Assembly (NCBI GenBank): GCA_040773245.1
Contig: JAXGWO010000001.1
Span: 6,498 to 70,497, forward strand
Reading direction: 5' to 3'
Source of the DNA: PVC group bacterium
GTDB lineage: Bacteria; Auribacterota; Erginobacteria; Erginobacterales; Erginobacteraceae
Length of the DNA stretch: 64,000 nt
Shown here one piece after another: positions 31,278 through 40,416 of this stretch. The notes under the pieces were generated by a model. The model made no database searches. It was not told the DNA's origin and was given only the letters and a program-made list of their open reading frames with translations. Position 1 is the stretch's first letter. Each line of letters starts with the position of its first letter. Both the position numbers and the translations under genes were made by a program.

Positions 31278-32723
31278 TCAGCCCTTCGCTTTTCCGCCTT
31301 CCGGGGGCGACGGCTTCGCCGGCGAGGCCGGATCCGATTTTTTCTCTTCCAGGAGGCGGGGGACGAGGGCGGTCAGGTCCACGCCGGTAGCCGCCTTGAC
31401 CTGCTCGATGAAGGTGACCAGGGCCTTGGGCGCCGCCGTCATCATCCGGGCGACCGATCCGCCGCCCTCCCCGGCGCCACCGTCAATCGCCACCACCTTG
31501 TCGAACTTGATCCCGCCCAGGGCGTCGGCGCCCTTCTCGGCCACCACCTTGAGGGCCTCCAAGGCCAGGTTGAGCTTGGCCGCCTCGCCGTACATCTCCC
31601 AGGCCTGGGCCTTCTCCTTGAGGCCGTCGGCCTCCGCCTGGAGGACCAGCTTGATACCCTTGGCCTCCGCCTCCTTGATCTTCAGGATGGCCGCCGCCTC
31701 CCCCTCGGCCTTGAGGATGGCGGCCTGCCGGGAGGCCTCCGCCGGGACGACCATCTCCGCCCGGTAGCGCTGCTCCTCGGCGGCGGCCCGCGCCGCCTCG
31801 ACCGCCTTCCTCGCCTCCTGCTCCCGCTCCTTCACCCGCTGCTGCTCGGTGACCACCTCCTGGCGGGCCCGGGCCTCGAAGAGCGGGCCCTGCTGGTCGG
31901 CCCGGCTGGTGGCGGCGAAGGTCTCCCCCCGGTACTGCTCCGTGGCCACGTCGCGCTCCTTCTGGGCCTCGGCGACCTGCCGTTCCTGCTCGGCCTTGAC
32001 CACCTCCCCCTCCCGCCGGGCGGTCTCGGACTCGCGCATCGCGTCGCGCATCGCCTTGGCCTCGCCGATCGCGGCGTCCCGCTTCACTTCGGCGGTCCGC
32101 CGGACCCCGAGGGCCTCCAGGTAGCCGCGCTCGTCGCGGATGTCCTGGATGTTGATGATGTCGATGATCACCCCGATCTTGGAGAGCTCCTCGCCGGCCT
32201 GGTCGAGGACCTTGTCCACGAACATCTGGCGCTCCTGGTAGAGCTGCTCGACCGTCATCACGCCGATGATGTCGCGGAGCTGGCCTTCCAGGGTCTCCTT
32301 GATGATCAGCTTGATCTGGTCGGAAGAAGCGCTCAGGAACCGCTCCACCGCCCGGGCCAGCATATCCTCTTCCCCGGAGACCTTGACGTTGGCCACGGCG
32401 TCGATCGTCACCGGGACCCCTTCCTTGGAGTAGGCCTTCTCCACCCGGACGTCGGTCAGGTTGATCAGCTCGAGCGAGATGTGCCCGACCTTCTCCAGGA
32501 TCGGGATCCGGAGGGCGGCCCCGCCGACCACGGCCCGCCACCCCCGGGTGACGACCCGGACGTTGCCCTCCGAATCCACGATCTTCTTCTTATACTTCCG
32601 GCCGGTGAAGATCAGGGCCTCGTTCGGCTCGGCTTTCCGGTAGTTGCCGACGAAGAGAACGAAGACGGCGAAGATCCCGGCCAGGGCGATCACGATCACC
32701 AGGGGAGCGACCAAGCTGGACAT
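31278..32723 (-). CDS. Flotillin (SPFH/band-7 family, FloT/YuaG-like)
   Basis: It has an N-terminal TM helix, an SPFH domain (EALIFTGRKY...VHISLELINLTDVRVEKAYSKEGVPVTIDAVANVKV) and a long E/A/R-rich coiled-coil. An RBS aggagg precedes it. Confidence 0.85.
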   Translation of the reverse strand: MSSLVAPLVIVIALAGIFAVFVLFVGNYRKAEPNEALIFTGRKYKKKIVDSEGNVRVVTRGWRAVVGGAALRIPILEKVGHISLELINLTDVRVEKAYSKEGVPVTIDAVANVKVSGEEDMLARAVERFLSASSDQIKLIIKETLEGQLRDIIGVMTVEQLYQERQMFVDKVLDQAGEELSKIGVIIDIINIQDIRDERGYLEALGVRRTAEVKRDAAIGEAKAMRDAMRESETARREGEVVKAEQERQVAEAQKERDVATEQYRGETFAATSRADQQGPLFEARARQEVVTEQQRVKEREQEARKAVEAARAAAEEQRYRAEMVVPAEASRQAAILKAEGEAAAILKIKEAEAKGIKLVLQAEADGLKEKAQAWEMYGEAAKLNLALEALKVVAEKGADALGGIKFDKVVAIDGGAGEGGGSVARMMTAAPKALVTFIEQVKAATGVDLTALVPRLLEEKKSDPASPAKPSPPEGGKAKG

Positions 32724-32780
32724 CGGATTCCTCCTTCTGTTTACCTCCGGACGCTGGAATGCCCGAGGAGGGTGATTGGA

Positions 32781-33314
32781 TTATTCGACCTTGGCCAGCC
32801 CGGCGATGACGTTCTTCACCGTCACCTCGGAACCGGCCGGGTACTCCTTTTCCGGGTCGGCCGCCCGGGCCCGGAGGTGGATGCTCCGGCCGGTAACCGG
32901 CAGCTCGGCCTTGATCTCCCCGGTACCGCCCCGGGGGATGGCGCTGGTCACCAATCCCCGGCTGCCGGCCACCGAGGCGCCATCGGCCGGGGTGTTGGAC
33001 TGCTGCCCATAGAGAAACTTGAGCAGCTGGTAAACGACAGTGTAGACCACCGCCCCCCCGATCAAGCCGGCAAGGAAATGATGAACCTTCCAGTTGAAGT
33101 ACAGGGCAAGGAATCCGGCCAGGCCGAAGCCGATGACGAAGCTCAGGATCATCTTCACCCCGAAAAAACCGGGGCCGGAGTCGCCGAATTCGAATTCCGC
33201 CTCGACCTCGAGGCCGCCGGCGTCGAAGTCGTCGCCGAGCCCGAAGACGACCATCACGATCAGGATCAGGGCCGGGACGACGGCGATCAAGCCGTAGATG
33301 AGTTCCGGTGACAT
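32781..33314 (-). CDS. NfeD-like membrane protein (flotillin-associated, YuaF/YqiJ-like)
   Basis: It has multiple TM helices and a C-terminal OB-fold-like segment GSEVTVKNVIAGLAKVE. It sits upstream of flotillin in the same operon. The start was refined to MSPELIYG, which has an RBS ccaggaggtgccca in front of it. Confidence 0.6.
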   Translation of the reverse strand: MSPELIYGLIAVVPALILIVMVVFGLGDDFDAGGLEVEAEFEFGDSGPGFFGVKMILSFVIGFGLAGFLALYFNWKVHHFLAGLIGGAVVYTVVYQLLKFLYGQQSNTPADGASVAGSRGLVTSAIPRGGTGEIKAELPVTGRSIHLRARAADPEKEYPAGSEVTVKNVIAGLAKVE

Positions 33315-33626
33315 TGGGCACCTCCTGGGAAGGCGATCCGCTCGCCGGGTTGAAAAGGGAGAATCGGGGTCCCGCGCGGGGCCGAAGCCCCGCCGCGGGG
33401 CGGGAGAGAAAAGAAGGCGAAGAACACAATCGACCGCGCTCGACTGGTGGTCATTCCCACCTCCCGGTTGAAAGGACTTCGCCCGCCGCACTAACGGCGG
33501 CGGAACGTTAAGGCAAATTCAAGTTACATCATACCGGAATTGGTGACAATGATTTCCTTGCTTCAGCCCGATTGAACATCCGGAATGACAAACCCGGCTT
33601 GAAGATATAGCATCCCCTCCCGGGAG

Positions 33627-34520
33627 GTGCAAATGATGACAAACACCAAGATCGCGTGGCGGGAAACCGGCCGACGGGCCGGCGAGACGGATATGTACAA
33701 CGAGGACGAGATCTGGTCGCGCGGCAGCGGCGACAAGCCGGATATCGGCCGGGCGCTACTGGCCGTCCTCCGCAACCTCGACCGGGCCCTTCCCCTCTCC
33801 CGGAAGCTGAGAGCCCTTTCGATCGGCTCCGGCTCGGAGCCCCAGTTCCGGATCCTCGAAGCCGCCTGCCAGGGCGGGCTCTTTCTTCTCGACATCGACC
33901 AGGTGCCGCTCGACGTGGTCCGCAACCGGTGCCGGAGGCAGGGGCTTTCCGGGGTGGCCACGATCCGGGGGGATTACAACCGCCTGCTCCTTGACCCGGC
34001 CCGGGCCGGAAAATTCCGGGAAACCCGCCTGGCCGGAAAACCGATGGACCTGGTCACCCTCCACCACTCCCTCTACTACTCGAAGCCGGAAGATTGGCAA
34101 CGGCTCTTCGTCAATCTCTGCCGGACAATCCTGGCCCGGCGGGGCGCGATCCACGCCGTGATGATGTCGGCGAGGAGCCGGGACCCCCGTTCGACCACCT
34201 GGCTTTACAACCACTTCGCCGGGAAATATTTCAGCGCCCGCAACGACCAGGACCTGCTGGCTTTCGCCGCCGCCCTGAGAGAAAATCGGGCTCTGAAGGC
34301 AACCCGGATCGTCACCTGGACCAGCGAGGTCCGCTTCAGAGCTGACGACTTTAGGAAGTTTATGGCCGTGGTCTGGATGATCCTTCTCTACCCCAACGTC
34401 CACCGCTACACCCGGCAGCAGCGGGAGGAAATCACCGGGTACTTCCACCGGAAGTTCTGGGAAAAGAAGCAGCCCCTCATCCAGCACCAGGATCACCTGG
34501 TTATCTACCGGGACCTTTAA
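33627..34520 (+). CDS. Putative class I SAM-dependent methyltransferase
   Basis: Motif I is LSIGSGSE, post-I is LLDID, and a motif II-like MDLVTLHHSLYY is present. The call is weak. Confidence 0.4.
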   Translation: MQMMTNTKIAWRETGRRAGETDMYNEDEIWSRGSGDKPDIGRALLAVLRNLDRALPLSRKLRALSIGSGSEPQFRILEAACQGGLFLLDIDQVPLDVVRNRCRRQGLSGVATIRGDYNRLLLDPARAGKFRETRLAGKPMDLVTLHHSLYYSKPEDWQRLFVNLCRTILARRGAIHAVMMSARSRDPRSTTWLYNHFAGKYFSARNDQDLLAFAAALRENRALKATRIVTWTSEVRFRADDFRKFMAVVWMILLYPNVHRYTRQQREEITGYFHRKFWEKKQPLIQHQDHLVIYRDL

Positions 34521-35043
34521 CCGGCGGGTGGGTACCCCGGATCACCAGGCAAAAGACGATGCCGGCGGCGGCGCAGAGGGCGTTGATGAGGATGTCCTCG
34601 GGATCCCCCTTGCGGTCGGGGAGATAGTGCTGGAGGATTTCATCGAGAACGGAGAGGGCGAGGGCGATCTCCGTCCCGGTGCGGAGGGAGAAGAGCCGGA
34701 CCGAGAGAAAGCCGAAGCTCCCGAAGAGGGGGATATGGAGCCAGCGGGCCGGGTACTTCCCGACGTGGATCATCAGCGCCGCCGCCAGCAAAACCATCCA
34801 GGCCAGGTGGAGCAGTCCGGCCCAGCCCAACCGGCGGAAGAGGAGGCGGGCGGCGAGGAAGAGGGCCAGACCCACCAGGACCCCCAAAATCCAGGCCAGC
34901 AACGTCTCGCCGAGATTGACCTCCAGGGAGCGCTGGAGAGGACGGCCGAAATACGCCAGCGAAGGGATGGCCGCCAGGTTCAGCACCCAGAGGAACCCCG
35001 TCCAGGGTTTGCCTGCCATCGAGTCTCGCGCTCTATTGATCAT
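34501..35043 (-). CDS. VanZ-like family membrane protein
   Basis: It has 4 TM helices and a C-terminal LDEILQHYLPDRKGDPEDILINALCAAAGIV that matches the VanZ pattern. Confidence 0.5.
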   Translation of the reverse strand: MINRARDSMAGKPWTGFLWVLNLAAIPSLAYFGRPLQRSLEVNLGETLLAWILGVLVGLALFLAARLLFRRLGWAGLLHLAWMVLLAAALMIHVGKYPARWLHIPLFGSFGFLSVRLFSLRTGTEIALALSVLDEILQHYLPDRKGDPEDILINALCAAAGIVFCLVIRGTHPPVKGPGR

Positions 35044-35265
35044 AACTCGCCGGCCGATTGCTTTTCTCCTCCGGCAGAGCGGGGAACCGGCCGCTCCGTG
35101 AACTGTTCCGCGGACCAGGTCTCCCGGGCCGGTCCGTCCTGGTGAAGAACCGCAACCGAACTGGGGAAAGATATTACCACGTTCCGCTTGGGCGGGTCGA
35201 AGATTATACCGGAACCGGCCCCGCGGCGGCGGCGATTGATCTGAGGCGGACGGAAGGCAGCCCGA

Positions 35266-36309
35266 TCAGAAGCCGGTGACGAGGAGAGACTCGAAGCCGA
35301 CCTGCCGGACCTCCCCGTCCGCCGTCACCACCGTGCAGGTTCCCTCGCCCACGGTGACGACGGCGGCGGAGACCGGCTCGTCGCCGGGCCCGGGGAATCG
35401 GACCCGCATCCCCTCCTCCAGGGCCCGGACCCGGAACCGCTCCCGGTCCAGGACCTCCTCGGGCCGGGAGGGGTCGAGGTAGCGGACGGTGAACATCCCC
35501 GCCGAGACCCCGATGACGGTGGCGGGGTGCCAGCCGTCCTCCCCGTATTCCGCAACCATAATCCCCGTCCCCAGTTCCAGGTCCCAGGAACCCGGGCCCA
35601 GCTCCTCGGCCTCGAGGTCCGCGACCCCGGGGGGCTCCGGAGGAGGGGGGGGCGGGACTTCGTCCCGCGGGATCTCGTCAAACGGCAGGTTGTAGGGCCA
35701 GACCTCGTCCGGGGAGCTTTCCTCGGGCGGCATCTCCGGGTCGGCGGAACCCTCCCCCGCCTGGAGCGCTTCCGCCCGGACGGCGGAGGGCGTCACCCGG
35801 GGCGCCTCGGGAGCGAGTGCCGGGGACGGGGTGGCGGCAAATTTCGCGGCGGCGATGGTGCTCGAGCCGGGGAAGGGAACGGCCGGGGATATCCGCGGCG
35901 AAGGCGCCGGCCGGACCGGGGGGGCGATGGCGAAGAACTGCTCCGCCAGCTCCGCGTCGTTCCGGAAGAGAACCACCCTATACTCCCCCGGGGGGAGGTC
36001 CTCGGCGTGGAGGTCGCAGACCGCTTCCGGGGCCGGGGGGTCCGGCTTCTCGATGGTCAGGGAGATCAGCTTCCAGCCCCCCGGTTCGTCGCGGAAGAAG
36101 AGCTGGAAGCCGATCTGGTGGTCGAAGGGGGCGTCCTCGAGGTAGACCGCCTGCCCTTTCGCCCCGGCGGCCAGGGGGAGGCCGATCCTCCCTCCGGCAG
36201 TGTCCTCCAGGTAAAACTCCCAGTCCGCCTCCCGGGAGCAGGCGGAGAAGAGATAAAAAAGGGAGAGCAGCGCCAGGACCGGCGCTGCTCTCCCCCTTAA
36301 CGCTCTCAC
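35266..36309 (-). CDS. Hypothetical Pro/Glu-rich lipoprotein
   Basis: A signal peptide with a lipobox (LFSAC) is present. No recognisable catalytic motif was found. Confidence 0.4.
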   Translation of the reverse strand: MRALRGRAAPVLALLSLFYLFSACSREADWEFYLEDTAGGRIGLPLAAGAKGQAVYLEDAPFDHQIGFQLFFRDEPGGWKLISLTIEKPDPPAPEAVCDLHAEDLPPGEYRVVLFRNDAELAEQFFAIAPPVRPAPSPRISPAVPFPGSSTIAAAKFAATPSPALAPEAPRVTPSAVRAEALQAGEGSADPEMPPEESSPDEVWPYNLPFDEIPRDEVPPPPPPEPPGVADLEAEELGPGSWDLELGTGIMVAEYGEDGWHPATVIGVSAGMFTVRYLDPSRPEEVLDRERFRVRALEEGMRVRFPGPGDEPVSAAVVTVGEGTCTVVTADGEVRQVGFESLLVTGF

Positions 36310-36328
36310 TCTAGCGGGACTCTCCGTT

Positions 36329-37345
36329 TCAATAGGCCTTGTAGGTGTAGACGTAGACCGCGTTGCCCTTGTAGGAGTTGGTCACCGTGGAGTTGAGGAT
36401 GGCCAGGCAGTTTTCGTCGTTGGAGGTGTCGGCGGAGGCGGTCCAGTTGAAGGAGCCGGTGATCGTCCGCGGGGAAGAGGTGGTCCCGCCGTCGATGGCC
36501 ATAAACTTGTCGTGGAGCAGGCCGCTGTAGTTGTCCTTGCGGACCAGGCAGCCGGCGTTCTTCAGGTTGGTGTACTGGCAGTAGGAGCTGCCGGCCTGCC
36601 AGGCGTCGAAGGTGCCCTTGATGGTGACCCCGGCGTTCTTCCGGGCGACCATCGCGTCCTTGATCCCGGCATCGGTGAAGGTGAAGATGTTGAAGTAGAT
36701 GCTGGTGTTGGCGGTGGCGATGTGAGACTTGACGGCGTCGCGGACCAGGGCCTTGGGCGCGAAGTAGGTGTAGACGGTCGAGCCGTCAACCGTGTCGGTC
36801 CCGGAGTAGTTGGTCTTGTAGCTGCCGAACTTCCCGGCGTACATCTGGAGGAACTCGTTCTTGAAGCGGGTGACGATTCCGGTGTTGCCGGTGATGATGA
36901 TGACGTTGTTCTTGTCGACGGTGGTCTGCTCGGTGGTGAAGTTGTAGGAGCCGGTTACCAGCTTGGTCCCGTCGGCGACGATGAATTTGTTGTGCATCAG
37001 GGTGGTGCGGTTGTCGCAGACGATCGGGATGCCCTTGCTGGCCAGCAGGTCGTAGGAAGCCTGGTAGCCGCTCTTGTAGCGGTAGTCGGTGTCGGTGACG
37101 ATCCGGACGTCCACACCCCGGGTCTTGGCAGCGGCCAGGGCATTGACAATGTTGGGCTCGTTCATACCGTAAATGGCGACATAGCAGTAGCTGGTCGCCC
37201 CGTTGATGACGTCGCGAACCCGAGTGTTGATGTAATTCGCACTCGGGGGGTTGTTGTAGGTTATCGTCATCGTGGCCTCGACCGGGGAAACGATCGCCGC
37301 CACCATCGCCATCGCCGCCAGCACCGCCAGAACCTTCACTCTCAT
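36329..37345 (-). CDS. Secreted phospholipase D / nuclease family protein (two HKD motifs)
   Basis: Two HxKxxxxD motifs are present: TTLMHNKFIVADG and GLLHDKFMAIDGG. The start was refined to MRVKVLAV (signal peptide), which has a strong RBS aaggagg 6 nt upstream. Confidence 0.75.
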   Translation of the reverse strand: MRVKVLAVLAAMAMVAAIVSPVEATMTITYNNPPSANYINTRVRDVINGATSYCYVAIYGMNEPNIVNALAAAKTRGVDVRIVTDTDYRYKSGYQASYDLLASKGIPIVCDNRTTLMHNKFIVADGTKLVTGSYNFTTEQTTVDKNNVIIITGNTGIVTRFKNEFLQMYAGKFGSYKTNYSGTDTVDGSTVYTYFAPKALVRDAVKSHIATANTSIYFNIFTFTDAGIKDAMVARKNAGVTIKGTFDAWQAGSSYCQYTNLKNAGCLVRKDNYSGLLHDKFMAIDGGTTSSPRTITGSFNWTASADTSNDENCLAILNSTVTNSYKGNAVYVYTYKAY

Positions 37346-37393
37346 CGCCGCCCTCCTTGGGGTTGGCTTTGTTCTTGTTGACGCCATTAGTTA

Positions 37394-37410
37394 GAGCATA
37401 CCCCGTGCCA
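37394..37410 (-). promoter_or_regulatory. Sigma-54 (RpoN) promoter match: -24 TGGCAC, -12 TGC
   Basis: On the minus strand the sequence is CTGGCACGGGGTATGCT, with GG-N10-GC spacing, about 50 nt upstream of the refined PLD start. An AT-rich tract that could be an IHF site lies upstream at about 37420-37465. The NtrC-type activator gene is immediately adjacent. Coordinates are accurate to about 2 nt. Confidence 0.5.
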
Positions 37411-37553
37411 GGAGGGCCGCGGCGGGATAAATATCTATAATATATTGATCGACAATCTACTATGGATTCACGCCGTGGTGCAGTTCCGGGGTGGTTCGGG
37501 CATTCTGGCCCGAAACCGGGGCGGGAGAGAGAAAAAACTGGGCCAGATTGGCC

Positions 37554-38936
37554 CTACTTTTCACCGGTCGGACGGGGGCGGTCCTTCGGCGAGATCCGGT
37601 AGAGGGCGAGCTTCCGTTTCAGGGAGCGGAGGGGGAAGTCGAGCTCCCGGGCGGCCCGGGTGACGTTCCCCCGGGTGCGGCGCAGGGCCTCCTCGATCAG
37701 GTGCTTCTCGAAGATCCCCACCTTCTCCTTCAGCGAGTCCCCGTTGGCGATGGGGAGGCGGGCGGGCCGGATTTCGCCCCGGACGGTCTCGGGGAGATCC
37801 TCCCGGGAGATGGTCTTCTTCCCCTCCCCGGCGGCCGCGCCCTTGAGGACGTTCTCCAGCTCCCGGATGTTCCCCGGCCAGTCGTGGGCGAGGAGGGCGT
37901 TCATCGCCCCGGGATCGACCCGCACCCCGCCGGGGTTGACCTGGCTGAGAAAGTGGCCGACCAGGAGCGGGATGTCCTCCTTGCGCTCCCGCAGCGGCGG
38001 CAGGCGGAAGCTGAGGACCTGGAGGCGGTAGTAGAGGTCCCGGCGGAACTTCCCGGCGGCCGCCGCCCGTCCCAGGTCCTCGTTGGTGGCGGCGATCACC
38101 CGGATGTCGACCCGGACCGGGCGGTCGGAGCCCAGGGGGTCGAACTGCTTCTCCTCCAGGGCCTGGAGCAGCTTGGCCTGGGCGAAGAGGCTCAGGGTCG
38201 CCACCTCGTCCAGGAAGAGGGTTCCCCGGTCGGCGGAGAGGATCTTCCCCTTCCGCTCCTGGACCGCCCCGGTGAAGGCGCCCTTCTGGTGGCCGAAGAG
38301 CTCGCTCTCGAGCAGGGTGTCGGGGAGGGCGCCGCAGTTGACGGTGACAAAGGGTCCCTTCGCGCGGGAACTCTGCTGGTGGATGGCCCGGGCGACCACG
38401 GACTTCCCGGTTCCGGTCTCGCCGGCGAGCGAGACGCCCAGGTCGATCCCCGCGGCCTTGGCGATGAACTCGTAGACCGCCCGCATCGCCGGGCTCCTCC
38501 CCACCAGGCCGGGGTAGGGGGAGACCGCCCCCAGCTGGCGGCGCAGCGACCTCACCTCGTCGAGGAGCGCCCGGTGGGCGGCGATCTTCTCCAGGACGGC
38601 CAGCAGTTCCTCCCCGTCGACCGGCTTGGTCAGGTAGTCGAAGGCCCCCTTCCGCATCGCCTCCACCGCGTCCTTGATCGACCCGAAGGCGGTCATCACC
38701 AGCCAGGTCACGTCCGGGAACTTCTCCCCGACCCGCTCCCCCAGCTCGAGTCCGTTCATCTCCGGCATCCGGAAATCGGTGAGGAGGACTTCGAACTCCC
38801 CCTTCTCCAGCATCTTCAGGGCCCGGGAGGGTTTGGCCGCGGCCGCGGCCGCGTGGCCGGACATCTCCAGGAAGGTGGAGACGCTCTTGAGGATGTTCTC
38901 CTCGTCGTCCACCACCAGGATCTTCAGCTTTTTCAT
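37554..38936 (-). CDS. Sigma-54-dependent response regulator (NtrC family: REC + AAA+ sigma-54 activator + HTH)
   Basis: The REC domain starts MKKLKILVVDDEEN...D(F)RMPEMNGLEL. The AAA+ domain has GETGTGKSVVARAIH, and the GAFTGA motif is present as KGAFTGA. The C-terminal HTH reads TRGNVTRAARELDFPLRSLKRKL. The start ATG overlaps the upstream histidine kinase stop in a 4-nt ATGA overlap. Confidence 0.9.
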   Translation of the reverse strand: MKKLKILVVDDEENILKSVSTFLEMSGHAAAAAAKPSRALKMLEKGEFEVLLTDFRMPEMNGLELGERVGEKFPDVTWLVMTAFGSIKDAVEAMRKGAFDYLTKPVDGEELLAVLEKIAAHRALLDEVRSLRRQLGAVSPYPGLVGRSPAMRAVYEFIAKAAGIDLGVSLAGETGTGKSVVARAIHQQSSRAKGPFVTVNCGALPDTLLESELFGHQKGAFTGAVQERKGKILSADRGTLFLDEVATLSLFAQAKLLQALEEKQFDPLGSDRPVRVDIRVIAATNEDLGRAAAAGKFRRDLYYRLQVLSFRLPPLRERKEDIPLLVGHFLSQVNPGGVRVDPGAMNALLAHDWPGNIRELENVLKGAAAGEGKKTISREDLPETVRGEIRPARLPIANGDSLKEKVGIFEKHLIEEALRRTRGNVTRAARELDFPLRSLKRKLALYRISPKDRPRPTGEK

Positions 38937-40285
38937 CTTGAGCCCCCGACCGGCAGTTCGATGGTGAACCTGGCCCCCCTCCCGGGCTCGCTCTCCACGG
39001 AGACGGTCCCGTGGTGGCACTCCACGGTCCGGTAGACCTGGGAGAGGCCGATCCCGCTCCCGGCGGCCTTGGTGGTGAAGAAGATGTCGAAGATGTTCTT
39101 CTGGACCGCGGGCTCGATCCCGCAGCCGCCGTCCGCGAACTCGAGGACGATCCGGTCCCCGGCCCGCCGGGTCGCCACCCGGATCCGGCCCCCATCCTCC
39201 ACCGCCTCCAGGGAGTTGCGGAGGAGGTTGAGGACGGCGCGGTGGAACTCGTCCCGGTCGAGGCTGATCCGGGGCAGCCGCGGCTCCAGCGACCGGGAGA
39301 GGCGGACCCGGCGGTGGGCCAGCTCGTCCCGCAGGCTCCGGATCACCCGCTCGATCACCGCGTTGACGCCGGCCTTCTCCAGCCGGGGGGGGGCGGGCCG
39401 GCCGAAGGTGATCAGCCGGTCGACCAGGCTGATCAGCCGCTGGATCTCCTCCCTGATGATGGCCACGCTCTCCCGGCAGTACTTCTCCGCCCGGTCCCGC
39501 TCCGTCCCCGGGGCGAGCGACTTCTCGATCACGGCGGCGGAGAAGAAGATCGAGTTCAGGGGGTTCTTGACCGCGTGGGCCACCCCGGCCACCAGCTTGG
39601 AGGTGGCGGCCAGTTTCTCGGACTGGATCAGCTTGCGCTGGGTCGCCTTCAGGTCGGCCAGCGACCGGCGCAGCTCGGCCGTCCGCTCGGCCACACTCGC
39701 CTCCAGGGTCCGGGCGTACTCCCGCAGCTCCCGGTAGAGCCGGGCGTTCTCGATGGCGATGGCGATATTGCCGCAGATGTGGTTGAGGACCTCCTCGTCC
39801 CGGCGGCTGTAGGCGCCCTCCTCTTTGCTGCCGAGGTTGAAGGTGCCGATCACCCGGTCGCGGTAGACCAGGGGGACGACGATCCCCGACCTGACCCCGG
39901 TCCGAACGATGTACTCGTCCTCCCGGAAGCGGGGGTTTTTCTCGTAGCTCCTCCGGATCAGGGTCTTCCCGCTCCTGATCACCCGCTCCACCCCGGTCCC
40001 CTCCATCGGGAAGACCCGGCCCCGGGCCACCTGCTTGCTCGTCCGGGGCTTGAGGAAGTAGACGATGTTGACCTGGCCCGATTGGTCGACCAGGTCCACG
40101 CTGGCCCGGTCGAAACTGATCAGCTTCTTGGTCTCCCGGAAAATGACCCCCAGCACCTCGGTGAGGTCGAGGCTGGAGGTGATGGCCCGGGTGATCTCGC
40201 CGAGGATCCGCAGCTGCCGGGATTCGGCCGAGGCGGCGGTCCGGGCGTCCCTGGATGGGGGTCGGGCGATCTTCATCGGCGGCAA
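38933..40285 (-). CDS. Sensor histidine kinase with an N-terminal GAF domain (cytoplasmic)
   Basis: The GAF domain reads ILGEITRAITSSLDLTEVLGVIFRETKKLISFDRASVDLVD. The HisKA region has HAVKNPLNSI. The HATPase_c region has NLLRNSLEAV...GCGIEP...GSGIGLS. No TM segment was found. Confidence 0.85.
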   Translation of the reverse strand: MPPMKIARPPSRDARTAASAESRQLRILGEITRAITSSLDLTEVLGVIFRETKKLISFDRASVDLVDQSGQVNIVYFLKPRTSKQVARGRVFPMEGTGVERVIRSGKTLIRRSYEKNPRFREDEYIVRTGVRSGIVVPLVYRDRVIGTFNLGSKEEGAYSRRDEEVLNHICGNIAIAIENARLYRELREYARTLEASVAERTAELRRSLADLKATQRKLIQSEKLAATSKLVAGVAHAVKNPLNSIFFSAAVIEKSLAPGTERDRAEKYCRESVAIIREEIQRLISLVDRLITFGRPAPPRLEKAGVNAVIERVIRSLRDELAHRRVRLSRSLEPRLPRISLDRDEFHRAVLNLLRNSLEAVEDGGRIRVATRRAGDRIVLEFADGGCGIEPAVQKNIFDIFFTTKAAGSGIGLSQVYRTVECHHGTVSVESEPGRGARFTIELPVGGSR

Positions 40286-40416
40286 TATAGCAGATGCGGA
40301 ATCGGGGGGACAAGAATGAAGACTGTTCCGCCGGAAGACAGGGGTTCAGAGAATCCACTTCCGCCGGATGTTGCGAAGGCGGACCGGGAAGATCCGGCCG
40401 GCTCCTGCTTCCCCCG

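Noticed and set aside
33301-33320. A TTGGGCAC-CTCC-TGGG sequence resembling a sigma-54 -24 element near the NfeD start
   Set aside because: It lacks the -12 GC at the correct spacing. On the minus strand it is simply the RBS and start region of the NfeD-like gene (ccaggaggtgcccaATG).
37561-39195. A 544-aa minus-strand ORF in an alternative frame across the response-regulator gene
   Set aside because: It is out of frame with the NtrC-like gene, whose REC, AAA+ and HTH motifs are unambiguous. Its translation is Arg/Gly/Pro-rich with no motifs.
40288-40320. A sigma-70-like promoter TTGTCC-N18-TATATT immediately upstream of the GAF histidine kinase
   Set aside because: The -10 element would lie only about 7 nt from the annotated start, implying a leaderless transcript. 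This is plausible but unsupported, so it is not reported as a feature.
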